From NCBI GenBank assembly GCA_032718475.1, contig JAUCBJ010008197.1, positions 53,924-117,923 on the forward strand: a DNA stretch of 64,000 nt, in the 5' to 3' direction. Positions 1-13,100 of the stretch are shown here, piece after piece; position 1 is the first letter of the stretch, and each line of letters opens with the position of its first letter. The translations under genes and the position numbers were made by a program. The notes under the pieces are model-generated. The model made no database searches and was not told where the DNA came from. It worked only from the letters and a program-made list of their open reading frames with translations. Source of the stretch: Nemertoderma westbladi. Taxonomy: Eukaryota; Animalia; Xenacoelomorpha.

Positions 1-3
1 GGG

Positions 4-1083
4 ATGAATCGGCTGCTCGGGCAGCTGGAAGACCATAAACAAAGGTCTTCACAGCAGGTCCGAGAATTGGAAGGGACTGTTCAGCAGTTAAAGGGAACAG
101 TGAGTGAGAGTAGGTTAGAGTTGCAAGAAGTACAACAAAGTATCGCTTTAGAGCGCGATAAATTAGTAAATATACAAATGGGTATACCACCACCCCCTGT
201 AACAATGTGTCAACCCATTAGGTCTGAAGTATTTCATGCGCAAGATGTGGAGCCTACACGCATCTATACTGCTAGTGAAGTCGAAACTCCTATAGTCAAC
301 CCTATTAAGGGTAATTATAAACCTGTTGATAATGATATCCCATACAGATCTGATCATTATCCGAGAAATTTATATACCGATAACTCGAGATTAAATAATA
401 CGATGGCTCAAGAAAGTTTTACACGTCAAATGGCTAGAACTGAAGCCCGTCAAGCGGTAAAGGTAGGAGAGGTCGTCAAGTTCAATGGAGATGAGATGAA
501 ATGGTTACCTTTTAATGAATATTATAAAGATAACATACAGAACTCTGCACTATCCAATGGAGAGAAACTTAGATTCCTCATCGAGTGCCTAGAAGGACCT
601 CCCAAGTTAATGGCGTTAAAGTTTATTGGACATTCAGACGGATTAAGACAAGTTTGGGATACACTAAACATCAGGTATAGTAATAGGACTAACATAGCTA
701 GGTATTTATATGCGAAATTAGTAGCGCCCAGAAAGTTTCTTAGCAGCGGGATTATAGAGTTTTTCGATGAGATTCAGGAGATCTGTAGACAGCTAGATTG
801 GTTAGGTAAGTCTCAAGAATACCAGAGTTCTATGGTTGTTGGAGTAGGTACGCATTGGGACAAAAAGGTTCTCTATATGATGGACCAGCAACAAAGAGAC
901 CCTACCATGGCTGATCTCATGTCATTCTTAAATGGAGAGGTAAGATTACAGCTCCTAAAGCAGTCCAGAGAGAAGACACCGGAAAGTAAGGTGAGTGAAA
1001 AACCCGTTTCTAGGAGAAAGGTAACACCAGTGTGTTATACGGGACGATGGCGAAAGCCAAACCTCATACGAGGAGAACAGCGG
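4..1083 (+). pseudogene. Bel-1 gag fragment (coiled coil plus DUF1759-like capsid region), interrupted by Gypsy insertion
   Basis: FNGDEMKWLPF..LSNGEKLRFLIECLEG motif typical of Pao-type gag; near-identical to Bel-3 gag at 27470-28480; 1-nt frameshift near 1040. Confidence 0.85.
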
Positions 1084-1296
1084 TGTAAGTATCTATATTG
1101 ATACTGCTGAAAACAGTCACCAAATGTATCTTTGTATATTTTTATTGAACCTTTGTAATTCTGTGTTCCGTATTATAGTCAGGTACCGGTAGTTGAATAT
1201 AGAACTCAAAATGTCTGCACACTACAGTACTGCAGTCAGTGTTACATATGTATATGGATCAATATCCAAGGTAGTATTAAATCAAGCTACTTTACA
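1084..1296 (-). repeat. Gypsy 3' LTR (213 bp)
   Basis: Direct repeat of 18249-18461 with 3 visible substitutions; purine-rich tract adjacent on minus strand (1297-1312). Confidence 0.95.
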
Positions 1297-1581
1297 GTAC
1301 ACCCTCCAAAAATAAGCAGAGTGCAGTAGTTCACAAAAAATAAATGTTAATTATAGTGCACACATTATTACATGTACTACTAATACTAATATAAACTAAT
1401 ACTACTATATACACATAATTTTGTGTATCCTAAAGGTTACATTATGAAATTAGTAATTATGCATTATAATACAAATATATAATTAACGTAAGTCAAAAGC
1501 ACAAAAACAAATGTTAATTGATACACACAACTATTATAATTATATAAGGAGTCGAAATTAAGTATTATTATAATACAAATA

Positions 1582-3986
1582 TTATCTTAATAAACGTTTT
1601 TCAAACACGTTTATTAGTAAATTAAATCGCACACGTTTCATGGGTTTGATTAACACACTTAAATTTTCCCCAGAAATACATGTGGGCTTTACTCTATCCA
1701 GAGAGATGTCTTCTTCCACGTTATGACGCAATACTGTCACGGTTTTGTCAGTCATCGAAACAACCTTATAAGGCCCCATGTACAAAGGTGCAAGTGATGA
1801 CCTTTTGATAGCATCTTTTATCCAGACATGCGACGAGTTTTTTAATTGGCTCGGAATATGGTCCTTTCCAGAATGTTTCCTGATTGGTGGAGAAAAAGAA
1901 TCCATTTTTCGGAACAACAAAATTAGGAATATCCAGGGAATTATTCCCTGAAGTTTCTTCAAAAAATCTTCCAGGTAAACACAACTCAGCTCCATATGTT
2001 AACTGAGCAGGAGAATATTTATGAATTCCTGTTACAGAGCGCAATCCTAACAATACTAACGGCAGTTCATTGAACCGGCCAGATGAGTTACACTTTGCCC
2101 TTAAGGAAGCCTTTAGCTGTCTGTGGAACCTCTCTATGGCTCCACTGTGACCCTCTATCCGTAACTATTGTTCTGGGCACACCAAATAGACTAATCCAAT
2201 GGAAAAGAAATCCTTTTGCTACAGAATCTGTTGTTATATCCCTAATGGGCACCACTCTGGCCATCTAGTAAAACGGTCAATTATTGTCAGCAAATACCGA
2301 TAACCACAGGATGGTGGCAACGGACCGACTAAATCAATATGTACTGTTTCAAATCGGCCATCAGTTGGAATGCTTCCAATCGGTGTTTTCGTATGTAGTG
2401 TCGTTTTTGAAATTTGTCAATTTTGGCAATTTCGAGACCATTCTTTCACATCCTTGTTCATACTCGGCCAAATGTATCGTTCGGCAATTAATTTCAATGA
2501 TGCTCTAAATCTGGGATGGGATAAATCGTGAAATTTATGGAATAATTGCTTTTGAAATTTTTCAGGTAAATATGGTCTCATACTTGAACAACTCTCATCA
2601 CAAAATTCCGTTATATAGAACTATGCATTTCAAAGGGATAGTTGTTTGAGTGAAGAATTTTTGTAACTTTTCATCAACCAACTGTGCCTTTGCCAACTCC
2701 ACATAAGTTTCATTATCAAAGTTAATAACTGAACATGTCCTTGACAGTGCATCGGCTACAATGTTTTCTGCACCTGCTACGTGTTCTATCTGTGTGTTAA
2801 ATTCCGATATATAGGATATCCAGCGAGCCTGTTGCGGTGTGGGATTTTTCATTTCTAGACACCTTAGCAGGGGTTTGTGATCCGTATAAATCGTGAGCTC
2901 CTGACTAAAAGCCATTCATGGTGCTTTAACACCGAATAAATAGCTAATAATTCCTTATCGAAGGCAGATTTTTTACTCTCGCTAGATGTTAGTTTTCGTG
3001 AATAGAAACACAGTGGTTCTAGATTATTATCAACTTCTTGATGCACTACAGCGCCCAATGCAACATTAGATGCATCTGTGGTTAACGAAAGTTTAGCATT
3101 GGGAACTGGAAATGATAAAGTTACTGCTGCTTTTAATGCTAATTTCATTTCAATAAATGAATTATTTGCAGATTCATTCCACTCTAAAGAATCTTTCTTC
3201 TTTTTGTTTCGAGTGAGGTCTGTAAGGGGTGCTGCAATCTTAGAGAAATTAGGCACAAATCGGTGATGAAAACCACACATACCGAGAAATCTCCGTAAAG
3301 AATACACGCTGTCAGGTTTGTTAAACTTGTCAATAGCTTCTAGCTTATCAGGGTTTGGTTTTATACCATCATTCGAAATGAAATATCCTAAAAATTTCAC
3401 TTCAGAAACCAGAAATGCACATTTACTTTTATTGGCTGTTAATCCCTTTGCCTTTAAACGCTCCAAGATGCACTTCAGATCTCGATAGTGCTGTTCCTCA
3501 TTGGGACTACCGATTAACACATCATCGACGTATCCTACAGCGCACGGCAAATCACTAAACGTCATATCAATCAATCTCTGAAAGGTTTGACTCGCATTTC
3601 GTAAACCGAAAGGCATTATATTAAATTTAAAAAGTCCAAACGGTGTCACTATGGATGTTTTGACAATATCGTCCTCTGCCACGGGTATTTGGTGAAAAGC
3701 TTTCTTTAGGTCTATTTTACTAAAAAATGTACATCCATTAAAACGATTTGCAATGTCAGCAATATTTGGCATCGGATATGTGTCTGGTATGGTCTGTTTA
3801 TTTAGTGCACGGTAATCTCCACAAGGTCTATGTCCTCCACCTGGTTTGTCTGCTATATGCAATGGAGTAGACCAAGGCGACTCTGCACGAGATATTACAC
3901 CCTGTTTCAGTAACCAATCAAACTCATCCTGTGCAGCTACTAACTTTTTGCCAAATAAACAACGGGGACGAGAAAAACATGGAGGG
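1582..3986 (-). pseudogene. Gypsy pol: reverse transcriptase, RNase H, integrase (frameshifted)
   Basis: RT motifs DLKKAFHQIP, MPFGLRNA, YVDD; RNase H TDAS and TDHKPL; integrase C-terminal GPY module (LAPLYMGPYKV); split over ORFs 2864-4120, 2598-2915, 1766-2053, 1582-1995. Confidence 0.92.
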
Positions 3987-5475
3987 TGTAGAATACGTAT
4001 CAAATTATCGCAATACGTATCAGTTTCGAAAGAAAACAAAACAATAAACCGGTCTATATAAAGCTCAACAAGGAAACTCCAGTTGGTGAGGAATCCCTGC
4101 CTGCCTGCTAATATTATCAACCTTTAATACAATTTACTAGCGTGATGGCCCCTTATCCACCACGTATACTGCAAGCTAAACTGCCGATAGGTAAGGGTTG
4201 TATCGAGTACAATTTATAAACAAACAAAATATAAACAACAATTTATCTTAAATTTTCCCACAAAACAAATTCTGTATATTTCTATACACCGCACCGCTGT
4301 CGACGGTAGTAAAAGGAAGGAAACTATACGCAATACTAAACCTGGTTATCTCGTGGGTGAATTTGCCGATATTCTCTAATTTTCACTTCTACTCTGTAAA
4401 GTAACTGTAAGAGTGTCAATCTAATGATTGTGAGAGATGATTAGCTATCTAAATACCCAAATACATTTATTTCTGGACAGTGAATAATGCTGTAGCTGAA
4501 ACTTGGTATATAAGCTTACTCACCCCCAATAAAGTCAAAATAATTTAAGATGAAGTGAAATGAATATTAGTATCCCAGTGAGACCCAAACCTAAGCCAAC
4601 GATGAGCGCTGATACCAAATATATATCAACACTCTCCCCCCTTTGCACTTCCGTGATGCCTGTGTGGTTATTATGATGGGGTATCCCGGTTCAATTTGGC
4701 CCAAAACCCAAGAACAGGAAATAGTTAAAGCACCAGTTAACCTAATGGAATTGTGTACATCAACCTAATGAGACCCCCCTCCCCTTGTGGCTTGCCCAGT
4801 CCAACTTACTGCCCTTATGTTTCACTCGTGTTGTGTAACATCATCCATCCATTTTGGGCTCCTGCAGTCGGCCGGTACGGCTCGACCTCCTCACTCCATA
4901 ATTATATTAGACGGAGAATGCGCCTCTCATGTTAAAACAATGGGGTTTTAATTCCGAACCGATCGCTGGATGTCTTTATCGCATACTGATTTGCAAAATT
5001 ACCAACACAAACAAATAATTGGGTTAATACATATCTATAGGTACGAATACATTTAACGGTACAAAATCAGAACTTGGATATAAGATAAATTCAATACAAA
5101 TGATCTGAAACAAAATTCAATATATAATCTTGAAGAGTAAATACTGTAAGAATATAGGTCTGTTTTGCAACCATATAATAACAAAACTGGTTTTTACCGG
5201 TTCCAGTAAGTTCTCGTTGACATTGCATAAAATTCAGTAAACCGGTTTTACTTGGATATGAGTAGCTACTAGCTTTCTTATTCGTCCAGCAAACAGATAA
5301 ATGGCCAATCACAGCGCCCTTCTTATCACCTACATGGAATGGGCCTGGCGCATGCGCATAACTGAACAGTATCTAAATCAATTTAGAAGGGCCACCCGTT
5401 TAGGTAGAAATGTATTGGCACAAAATAAATGAGTTTTTTCCTGTATTGCTACTGCAGTACGTACAGAGTTTAACA
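3987..5475 (-). repeat. Bel-2 3' LTR (1489 bp)
   Basis: Direct repeat of 14830-16318; TG..CA ends; PPT GGGGCGG adjacent on minus strand (5476-5482). Confidence 0.95.
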
Positions 5476-5772
5476 CCGCCCCGGAAAACATCAACAGCGA
5501 TATTATGATTGTCGCAAGATGTTTTCCCCAAATATAACCTTCATATAACCTATATTATGCACAATTCAATTCTAAAATACTTATTCCAAATTAAACTGAC
5601 CTATATTAAGCACAATTCAATTAACTAAAAATACTTATTCCAAATTAAACTATCATAACATGACGGGTGGGTCTTGACGTATGAACACAAAATAATTCTA
5701 AAATATACTTAAATACTTCATTCATAATGACTATCATAAAAAATCAAAAAATAAAGTTTCTGCTGAATTTGC

Positions 5773-5858
5773 AAAAAAAAAATATTATCTTTCTTACAGA
5801 ATCGAACCTGGACATATTACTTTCAAAGTCCGGCGCTCTACCGAATGAGCTATCATGC
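5773..5858 (-). ncRNA. tRNA-derived Pol III-like unit (probable SINE head) inside Bel-2 3' region
   Basis: A box TAGCTCATTCGGTAGAGC, B box GGTTCGATTC, downstream T10 run; acceptor and anticodon stems do not pair, so not a functional tRNA. Confidence 0.5.
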
Positions 5859-6363
5859 TACGCAAGATAAAGTGTTAAATATAGTATGAAGATAATAAAG
5901 CCTTTCTTTCAATATAATAATTTTATCTTCTTTCGGGTGACAAACATATTGCCTGGTTGCTTAGTAACACTACACAATCAAGAAATAACACAAATTGTTT
6001 TACATTGCAATAAAGCCTTCAAACATTATTATAATGGTGTATAATTTTTAAAATAAATATGGTAATAAACATATTCCTTAGTAACGCTATAAACAATAAC
6101 ACTATAATGATATGTTGGAGGAAAATGATTCAAAGAAATAACACAAATTTGTTGTACAGTGCAATCAAGTTTACAAAATATATACTATCATTTAAAATAA
6201 AGCAAATTTACTGAATGCACAATAATTATGTAATAACAGGATCCCCTTTACATACCCCCCCCCCCCCCTTTTTTTTCCTGATTATAGAGCAAATCGTATC
6301 ACCTTCAGGTCTTGGGTGGGCATCGGGCAAACATGTCTTTGAGTCTCAGAGTTTACTTGATTC

Positions 6364-6783
6364 TTAGATATGGAAATTTTCCCGTGCAGGTTTACGACAT
6401 CGGCAAAGACCAATCGCTATACCTGCCGCCGCAGATGGCGTTCTATCCCTTTGTGCTATACCACGCCCCAAGACTTGGCCCCGGAAGCCTCTGTGTTGCG
6501 CCAACCACCGTCCTGACCGTACATTTCGAATAACCTTCTTCGGATAGGATTCAGCTCCCGGTTTAACCGTCGCCGCGCATTTCTCAATGACTTCTTCGAC
6601 GCAAGAATCAACGAGTTGTTTATGTTTATATAGAATTTCATTCCTACATCCCGATCTATTGAAGGGTTTCTTTATACAATTATGGTAATTCCAACCAAAT
6701 AGCGGTTCGATTTCATTATAATGGTCGCTAACAATGTAGTCATAGTAGCCAGCCATATCATTACGTAGTATATAACATTCCAA
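6364..6783 (-). CDS. Orphan 139-aa ORF in Bel-2 3' cargo region
   Basis: GC-richer coding-like island in element sense orientation between pol end and PPT; no recognisable motif; frame uncertain. Confidence 0.3.
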   Translation of the reverse strand: MECYILRNDMAGYYDYIVSDHYNEIEPLFGWNYHNCIKKPFNRSGCRNEILYKHKQLVDSCVEEVIEKCAATVKPGAESYPKKVIRNVRSGRWLAQHRGFRGQVLGRGIAQRDRTPSAAAGIAIGLCRCRKPARENFHI

Positions 6784-7435
6784 GTAGAGATATAGGTTTA
6801 TTACAATTTAACTGTGAATCATCAATCCCAAAGTTAATTTATTTCCCTTCCCAACCTCGGTCGATACAATTTTTTCGGTAGGTCAGCCTTTAACGTCAAA
6901 TTAAATTTGGGAACACCTAATTTCCCTCCCAATTAAAATAAACGCCAGAATGGATGAATATGATATTATTATGTTTCACAACTTTATGAATGAAACAACC
7001 AATATAAGATCTGTGCGCATGTTGGTCCGCCCCATGGTCCGTTTCAACAACGCCGCGACAGCACGCACTACTCTGGACAGTCGCATTATCGACCAATTGT
7101 ACATATGGGAATCTAATGGCTGGTTTGAATTTTTGCAATACCGCTACATAACTTTGGTGTTGTTTGTTCCAGGTTTGTTATTTCTTAATTTCAGGGAGAG
7201 ACTTTAATTTTCGGAAAACTTTATATAAATTAAATATAAAATTAAAATTTTCAAAAAATTAAATGCTTACGAATTCTCAAACAAAAAAAACATACTTATT
7301 TTTTCAAATATAACACATGAGGCAGTGGAATTACAGGTTCCAGAATACACCGCCCCAATATACGTTAAACTCGTATATTTTAAACTTACATGGAATTACA
7401 TATACACAATTATGTAATTTGTTATTATTTTGTGA

Positions 7436-8754
7436 TTAATTTGTGGGCGCCTTGCCCGCTTCATTTTTAACTTTCTTTTTGTTAGGGATGATATAGTCCC
7501 CGTGTTCGTAGCGTGCTTCTTCCAACAATACTAATTGTTGGATTGGCCGCAGTAGAAGGTCATTTTTGATACTTTTAACTGAAACAGTTCTTATTATTCC
7601 ATTCTGGGATGGAGTGTTTTCACAACGACCCCTGTTAACCACTCGCGCCGTTTCATGTCCTCATCTGCGATGAGGACCATGTCACCACGCTTCAGATTTC
7701 GAGTTTGTTTATACCATTTTGATCTTTGTGAAAGAGTCGGTAGGTAGTATTTGATCCATAACTCCCAGAAGTTATTGGTCAGATATTGATTAACCTCCCA
7801 ACTTTTCTTACTGTAGAGATCTCTCCTGTCATGTACAGACACTGGTAGTAAGGGTGTAGGTGGTTCTTCTCGCCACAACATACCTACCTCATAATGTCCA
7901 TTATCTAATAGTTTAGTTGTCCTGTTCATTATGTCTATCGCCCGTTGGTCGTCTGCGGATAGGGCTTTGTCATAACAATTTCGCTCTGCGGCATCTTGGT
8001 CTAACCATTGTAATACTTTATGATTCATCATCCTTTCTTCATCAATATAATCATATGCTAATTGTTTCCTATCCTCGATAATGTTAGGATTTCTAATTGT
8101 CTCTAATACTTCCTGCTTGGTTATGGCAGTTATATTTTTGCAAAAAAGGGTCAATATAGTATGGTCCCTCTTATATTCATCAGGGTCGAATAACACCTGA
8201 TGCATCCTTCCAACCTCTTCCTCTTCGTCTTCCTTGGGATCCTCATCCATTAATTTCAGGGAATCAATGTGATAGAAATCTGTGCCTGACGGAAATCCGA
8301 GTGGGTTAGTCAACAAGCAACTTTCCTCTACTGTAGTTACGTCTATCTCGGATACATTTTCATCATTAAAATCGGAAGGGTGTTTCACTTCTGACGTCAT
8401 TGTGTTAGTTTGATAGTCATCTATTTCAAATGATTTGTTATTAGTGTTAGCTAACCATTCTAAAGGAAATCTAGTGTACCATCCTAACAATGTTCTACAA
8501 GAATATGGCTCACCTGGCTTCCACTTTGTTGGCTTACTCTCTAGGACTCTATGAGCATCGAAATGATCCGTTCCAATCAATGATCATTGATACATTACGA
8601 TAATCTATGCGATACTCGGGAATATTATAGTCTTTAAAGTACTCCCTTTGTTTCTTATCAGGTATGGGCACAGATCCCAATAGTTGGGTGAAATCACGTA
8701 TAGCCGCAAATTTTAAATGTTTCATTGGTAACATACGTTGTTCTGTGGTAGTCT
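7436..8754 (-). pseudogene. Bel-2 pol remnant: protease C-terminus and pre-RT region fused to integrase C-terminal (DUF5641-like) region
   Basis: GHYEVGMLW (pre-RT) joined in frame to FWELWIKYYLPTLSQRSKW..GDMVLI..DGIIR-type motifs; frameshifts near 8580 and 7630. Confidence 0.85.
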
Positions 8755-8792
8755 GTTTGGTTCTTGGTAGCAACGAATCTACTGTCAATATC

Positions 8793-10186
8793 TATTGATG
8801 AATCCAACTGCACATGCAGCATTGGACAAAATAGACCAAATCTCTAACCGCATCATCCGTTGCCACTTCTCATGTTCTGGAAGACTGGCTAAGAAGTTTC
8901 CTAAGGTGGTTCTGATTGTGTGCTACTCTCCAACTAGTGTTGCCCCTGTAGAGGAGGTAGAAAATTTCTACCACAATCTACAAGCAGCTACTGATGGAGT
9001 GGATCAGCATGCATTCTTAACATTCCTGGGAGACTTTAATGCAAGTCTGCATCAATCACCTACATCGCCCTGGGTCTATAGCAATAGTGTTAACCGAAAT
9101 TCTGTCCATCTTCAGGATTTTATCTCTGGAAATGGATTGTTTTCGGCTGGAACCCAGTTCAAGAAGCGAACTGGAAAGCTATGGACTCATAGTGGACCCA
9201 GTGGTCACAAGTCCCAGATAGACCATATTCTGTTTCGTAGGAAATACAGGAGCTCTATACAAGACTGTAATGCATTTACACTTCGACCCTTCTCCAGTGA
9301 TCACCGCCTTATTGTTGCCAAGGTAAGACTTAGTCTGCGTGCTAGCAGAACAACGAAATCTGCCTTGCCGCGGCATGACTGGTCCTCTCTATTGCAACAG
9401 CCAAGTGTGAGATCCAGCTTCACACTACAGCTGAGCAACAGGTATGAGGCTCTTGCCTTTTATTAACTCCAGAAAGACCAAAATTCTGACAGTTAACTTT
9501 GAAAGTCCTCAGCAAGTCTCTGATCGGATGAGCATAAGCTCAAAGGATGGTATGCTTGAGCATGTGGATGACTTCTGTTACCTGGGATCATGGATCCGGG
9601 AGTCAGGTGAGGACCTTCGAATACGTAAGGGAAAGGCATGGGCAGCCTTGAATAGGCTTTCCAGGATTTGGAAGTCACCGAGAATTAATCGGAAACTTAA
9701 GGTCCGATTATTTAGAGCAGCAGTAGTTCCAGTACTCCTCTACGGTAGTCCATGCTGGGCTCTAACTGCAGAGGACACCAAATCTCTGGATGGCACATTC
9801 ACAAGAATGCTACGCCGGGTTCATTGTGTCAAGTACAATGCACACATCTCCAACCAGACACTATATAACATTGGAGGTGTCTCATTGGTTCCCCCAAGCT
9901 TGACACTAGAACAAAATCGCCTCCGCTTTGCAGGACATTGCTTTCGCCGTGAGGACCAGCCAGCGCATAATCTTGTACTTTGGCAGCCTCATGGAGTGAA
10001 TAAGCATGGTGGACAGCCCATGACTTTCTTGAGACGCATCTTAAAGGACACTGGCCTTAAAGATGCGGATGATCTAGCAAATGTCATGGGTGATAGGGAG
10101 TTGTGGCGGTGCAATTTTGTTGACAAGCCGGCACAGCATTCTTAAAAATGCAGCTGCAATGCAGCATGCCGATCCTAGTAGTAGTA
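8793..10186 (+). mobile_element. RTE-clade LINE, 5'-truncated and internally deleted
   Basis: APE endonuclease motifs (YSPT, GDFNA, IDHI, SDH) joined directly to RT C-terminal region (FCYLGS, RLRFAGH); (TAG)n tail; 38-bp TSD 8755-8792 / 10187-10224. Confidence 0.92.
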
Positions 10187-13100
10187 GTTTGGTTCTTGGT
10201 AGCAACGAATCTACTGTCAATATCACATACTTGATGGGAATTTCCTTTTGTCCATGTAATGATCCAACTTCCATTAGTGTCGACTTGGTTTTTTCCATGT
10301 CTGCGACCACACTTGCCACTTCCTCATCAACGTAACTTTGGTTAGATGCATGATCTAATAGACAATATATGCGCTTAGAACCAAACTCACCTTGAATTTT
10401 GACTTGAATTATGCTGAAAGCAGCGGACTGCGTTCGAGTTAGCAGGGTGGTGCTGGGTTCCGAATCAGTTGCATAAATTTCTGGTTCTGAAGTTTCTCTG
10501 TACTCGTATTCACCTTCACTTGATGAACCTGATTGGTAATTAGTCTCAAAATCGGTTGTTTGGGCAAATGTTACGTTGCGCTTGGTGGTATTAGCAGGTC
10601 TAGTCAATACTCTAGGATGGTCCTGTAGATATCTTTTAGTAGGCGTGTGTTGAGATGTGTGCAATAATCTGTGGTGCAATCGAACACAGTCAACGCATCC
10701 CTTACTTACGCTAGAGGTGGTACAGTCCCGCCGCTTATGCCCAGTGCCTAAACACTTCCAGCAAGCGTCTAGCGACCGAATGGCTAAACGCCGTTTCTCT
10801 ACATCGAGTTTGGAAAACAGGTTGCACCCTACCAGCTTGTGGTCATTTGATTTCTGAGTCAATTGATGACAATATTGACATCCACGAAAATCTGGTGGCA
10901 ATTGTTGCACTGTAGTTACCTTGGGTCCAATGGGTGGCGCTACTTTAATTTTGGCGCTATATCCCGCAGCCGAATTCACCTTTGTCATTTCTTGGTCAGA
11001 TAAGGAAGTGTATGATGATGCTGGGTTACCAGCACTTACCATTGTGCTCTTAAATTTGAGTTGCTGACGTCTTTCTACTCCTAAATACTCTTCAGGGTAA
11101 TTAGACCTCAACTCGGCCTCACCTTCTGCTGATATTACATCGTAAATATGTTTAATAGATAGTGATTCCCCCCTAGCTTCTACTCGGCTTTCTAGGCCCC
11201 TTACCTTTCGCCTATGGCGCAGTGTAAGTCGTTTCATAATGTCTCGTAGAATATCCGGTCTGGATCCGTAATGCTCACACCCATATATTGGCAAAATCTT
11301 GATTGCTGATTTTATAGCATCGGCTAGTTTCACTACTTCTATGGGTGTTACGGCTGGATTTCCCTTTGTCAATTCTTCAACTACTGAGCGAGCCATTCTA
11401 ACATTACCACCATAGGTGGTTACTAACCGCTCATAGGCAGATTCAAAGGCATTATCGTCTCCCACAAATGTACTTACTAGTTCCTTGGGTTCCCCTTTTA
11501 AGAATTGGTATAGATAACAAAATTTCTCATGTGATGTAAAATCCTGTGACGCTACACAGGAATCTATATAATGAATGAAACTTCTCCAGTGTTTCGGTAA
11601 TCCAGTGAAACAAGGTGGTTGCTGTGGAGGGAGACTCTGTCTCGCACCAAATTTAGATAACTCTGATGCGATCACTGTTACTGGCGTTGAGCCACTCCCT
11701 TCTACATTTGAAGAACCTCGAATATTTCTTGGTTGTTGGTTCAACTTCATGCCGGGTTTAAATATTCTAGATTGAAAGTGTGGTCTCGATCCCGGATACA
11801 TTCCTTTTGCAGTCGATGAAGGATCATATACTTCCTCCGAATCTGTGTTACATTCCATCGCTTGAAATTGAACCTTGGATTTTAGTAGTGTGATTGGGTT
11901 TACTTCAGGGAGATTCTCGGATAATTCTCGAGTGTGAATATCTACCCTTTCACGCTCTCTTTGAGTACTATCTACTTTATCCTGCACTTCCTGAACCGAC
12001 CACTTTACAGACTCAAACTCTTGATTTACTTTACCTTCAATATGTTGAACCTGATCTTTAATGTCTCTTACCTCTTGCATCATCCTCTGGTTGCCTTCTT
12101 GGATGGCTTGTTGTAATTGATACATTCCAACTTGACGTTGTTCTGTTGTTTCGTTCGGTCTAAAGTTACGGTTATCATGGGAATAGTCCCAATCCACCAA
12201 TTGTTCGTCCTCCTTCATCCTAAAATTCTCGCGTGACTCACCATTATCTGCCGGATTTATAATGCCCCTTATAATGGGTGAAATGTGCTGGCATTCTATG
12301 CACTTACAACCTAACAAATGGTGTGGAGATAAATGGTCCATGTGTTTGGGGTCACGAGGGTGTTGCGGGTAGTCAGGCCACTTACTATTGGTGGAGTTCA
12401 ATATCCTCGCAGACCCACTGGTCTGTCGTTGCTCCAAAATTACGCTGGGTGGAGAATCGTCTTCTGGGTTAACCCAGCCCTTCCCTGCAAACTGGCGATG
12501 AAAAGATTCAATAAAATGGACTTTAGATTCCATTCCCTTCTTATCGTGAGTTTGATTGTATCGTTCTATGGAAGATGCAACATGGTCTATCCCACTTAAC
12601 AATGACTCGGCGCGCTGACATCGAAGAGCTGTCTTGGCTTCTTCTAACTGCATGGCTATGCGACGGCGATTATCCTCTAACTCATTCGCTTTGCGGTGGC
12701 GCTCCTGCTCCCCTAATTTTCGATGTTGATCGATTATCAATGCCTCTTGTTTTTCCTTCAACTCTAATCTTTGGCGGGCAATCTCCCGTTCATGTGCGTG
12801 ACGTTTATTCTCATCAGCAATACGCTGTAATTGAGCATTGGTGTCACGCTCAATTCGTCTCCGTTCGATGGCTGCAAGTTTATCCGCCTTGGTACGTTCC
12901 GCCTCTGCCCTGGCGTGTTCAATTTTGGCTTCCGCTCGGGCGCGTTGAGCCTCGCGTTCGGCACTTTCGCACTCGATTTCTAGCAAACGATCATTCGCTT
13001 CCCTCTCCCGCCTGGTGGCTTCATCTCGAGTTGTGGTGTCCAAAATATTACTGCCTCCTGCTAAACTTAAGCGCGAAATATCTTGGGTGATCGTCTGCAA

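Noticed and set aside
1113-1125. PBS-like GTCACCAA inside the Gypsy LTR
   Set aside because: Same orientation as the real PBS and only 8 nt, so it cannot pair with it; this element has a normal tRNA-Trp PBS.
4753-5312. Short ORFs repeated at 15596-16155 (and 22255-22485 / 34404-34634)
   Set aside because: They recur only because they lie within LTR pairs; non-ATG starts and no motifs.
5790-5858. Functional tRNA-Gln(TTG) gene
   Set aside because: Acceptor, anticodon and T stems do not pair properly.
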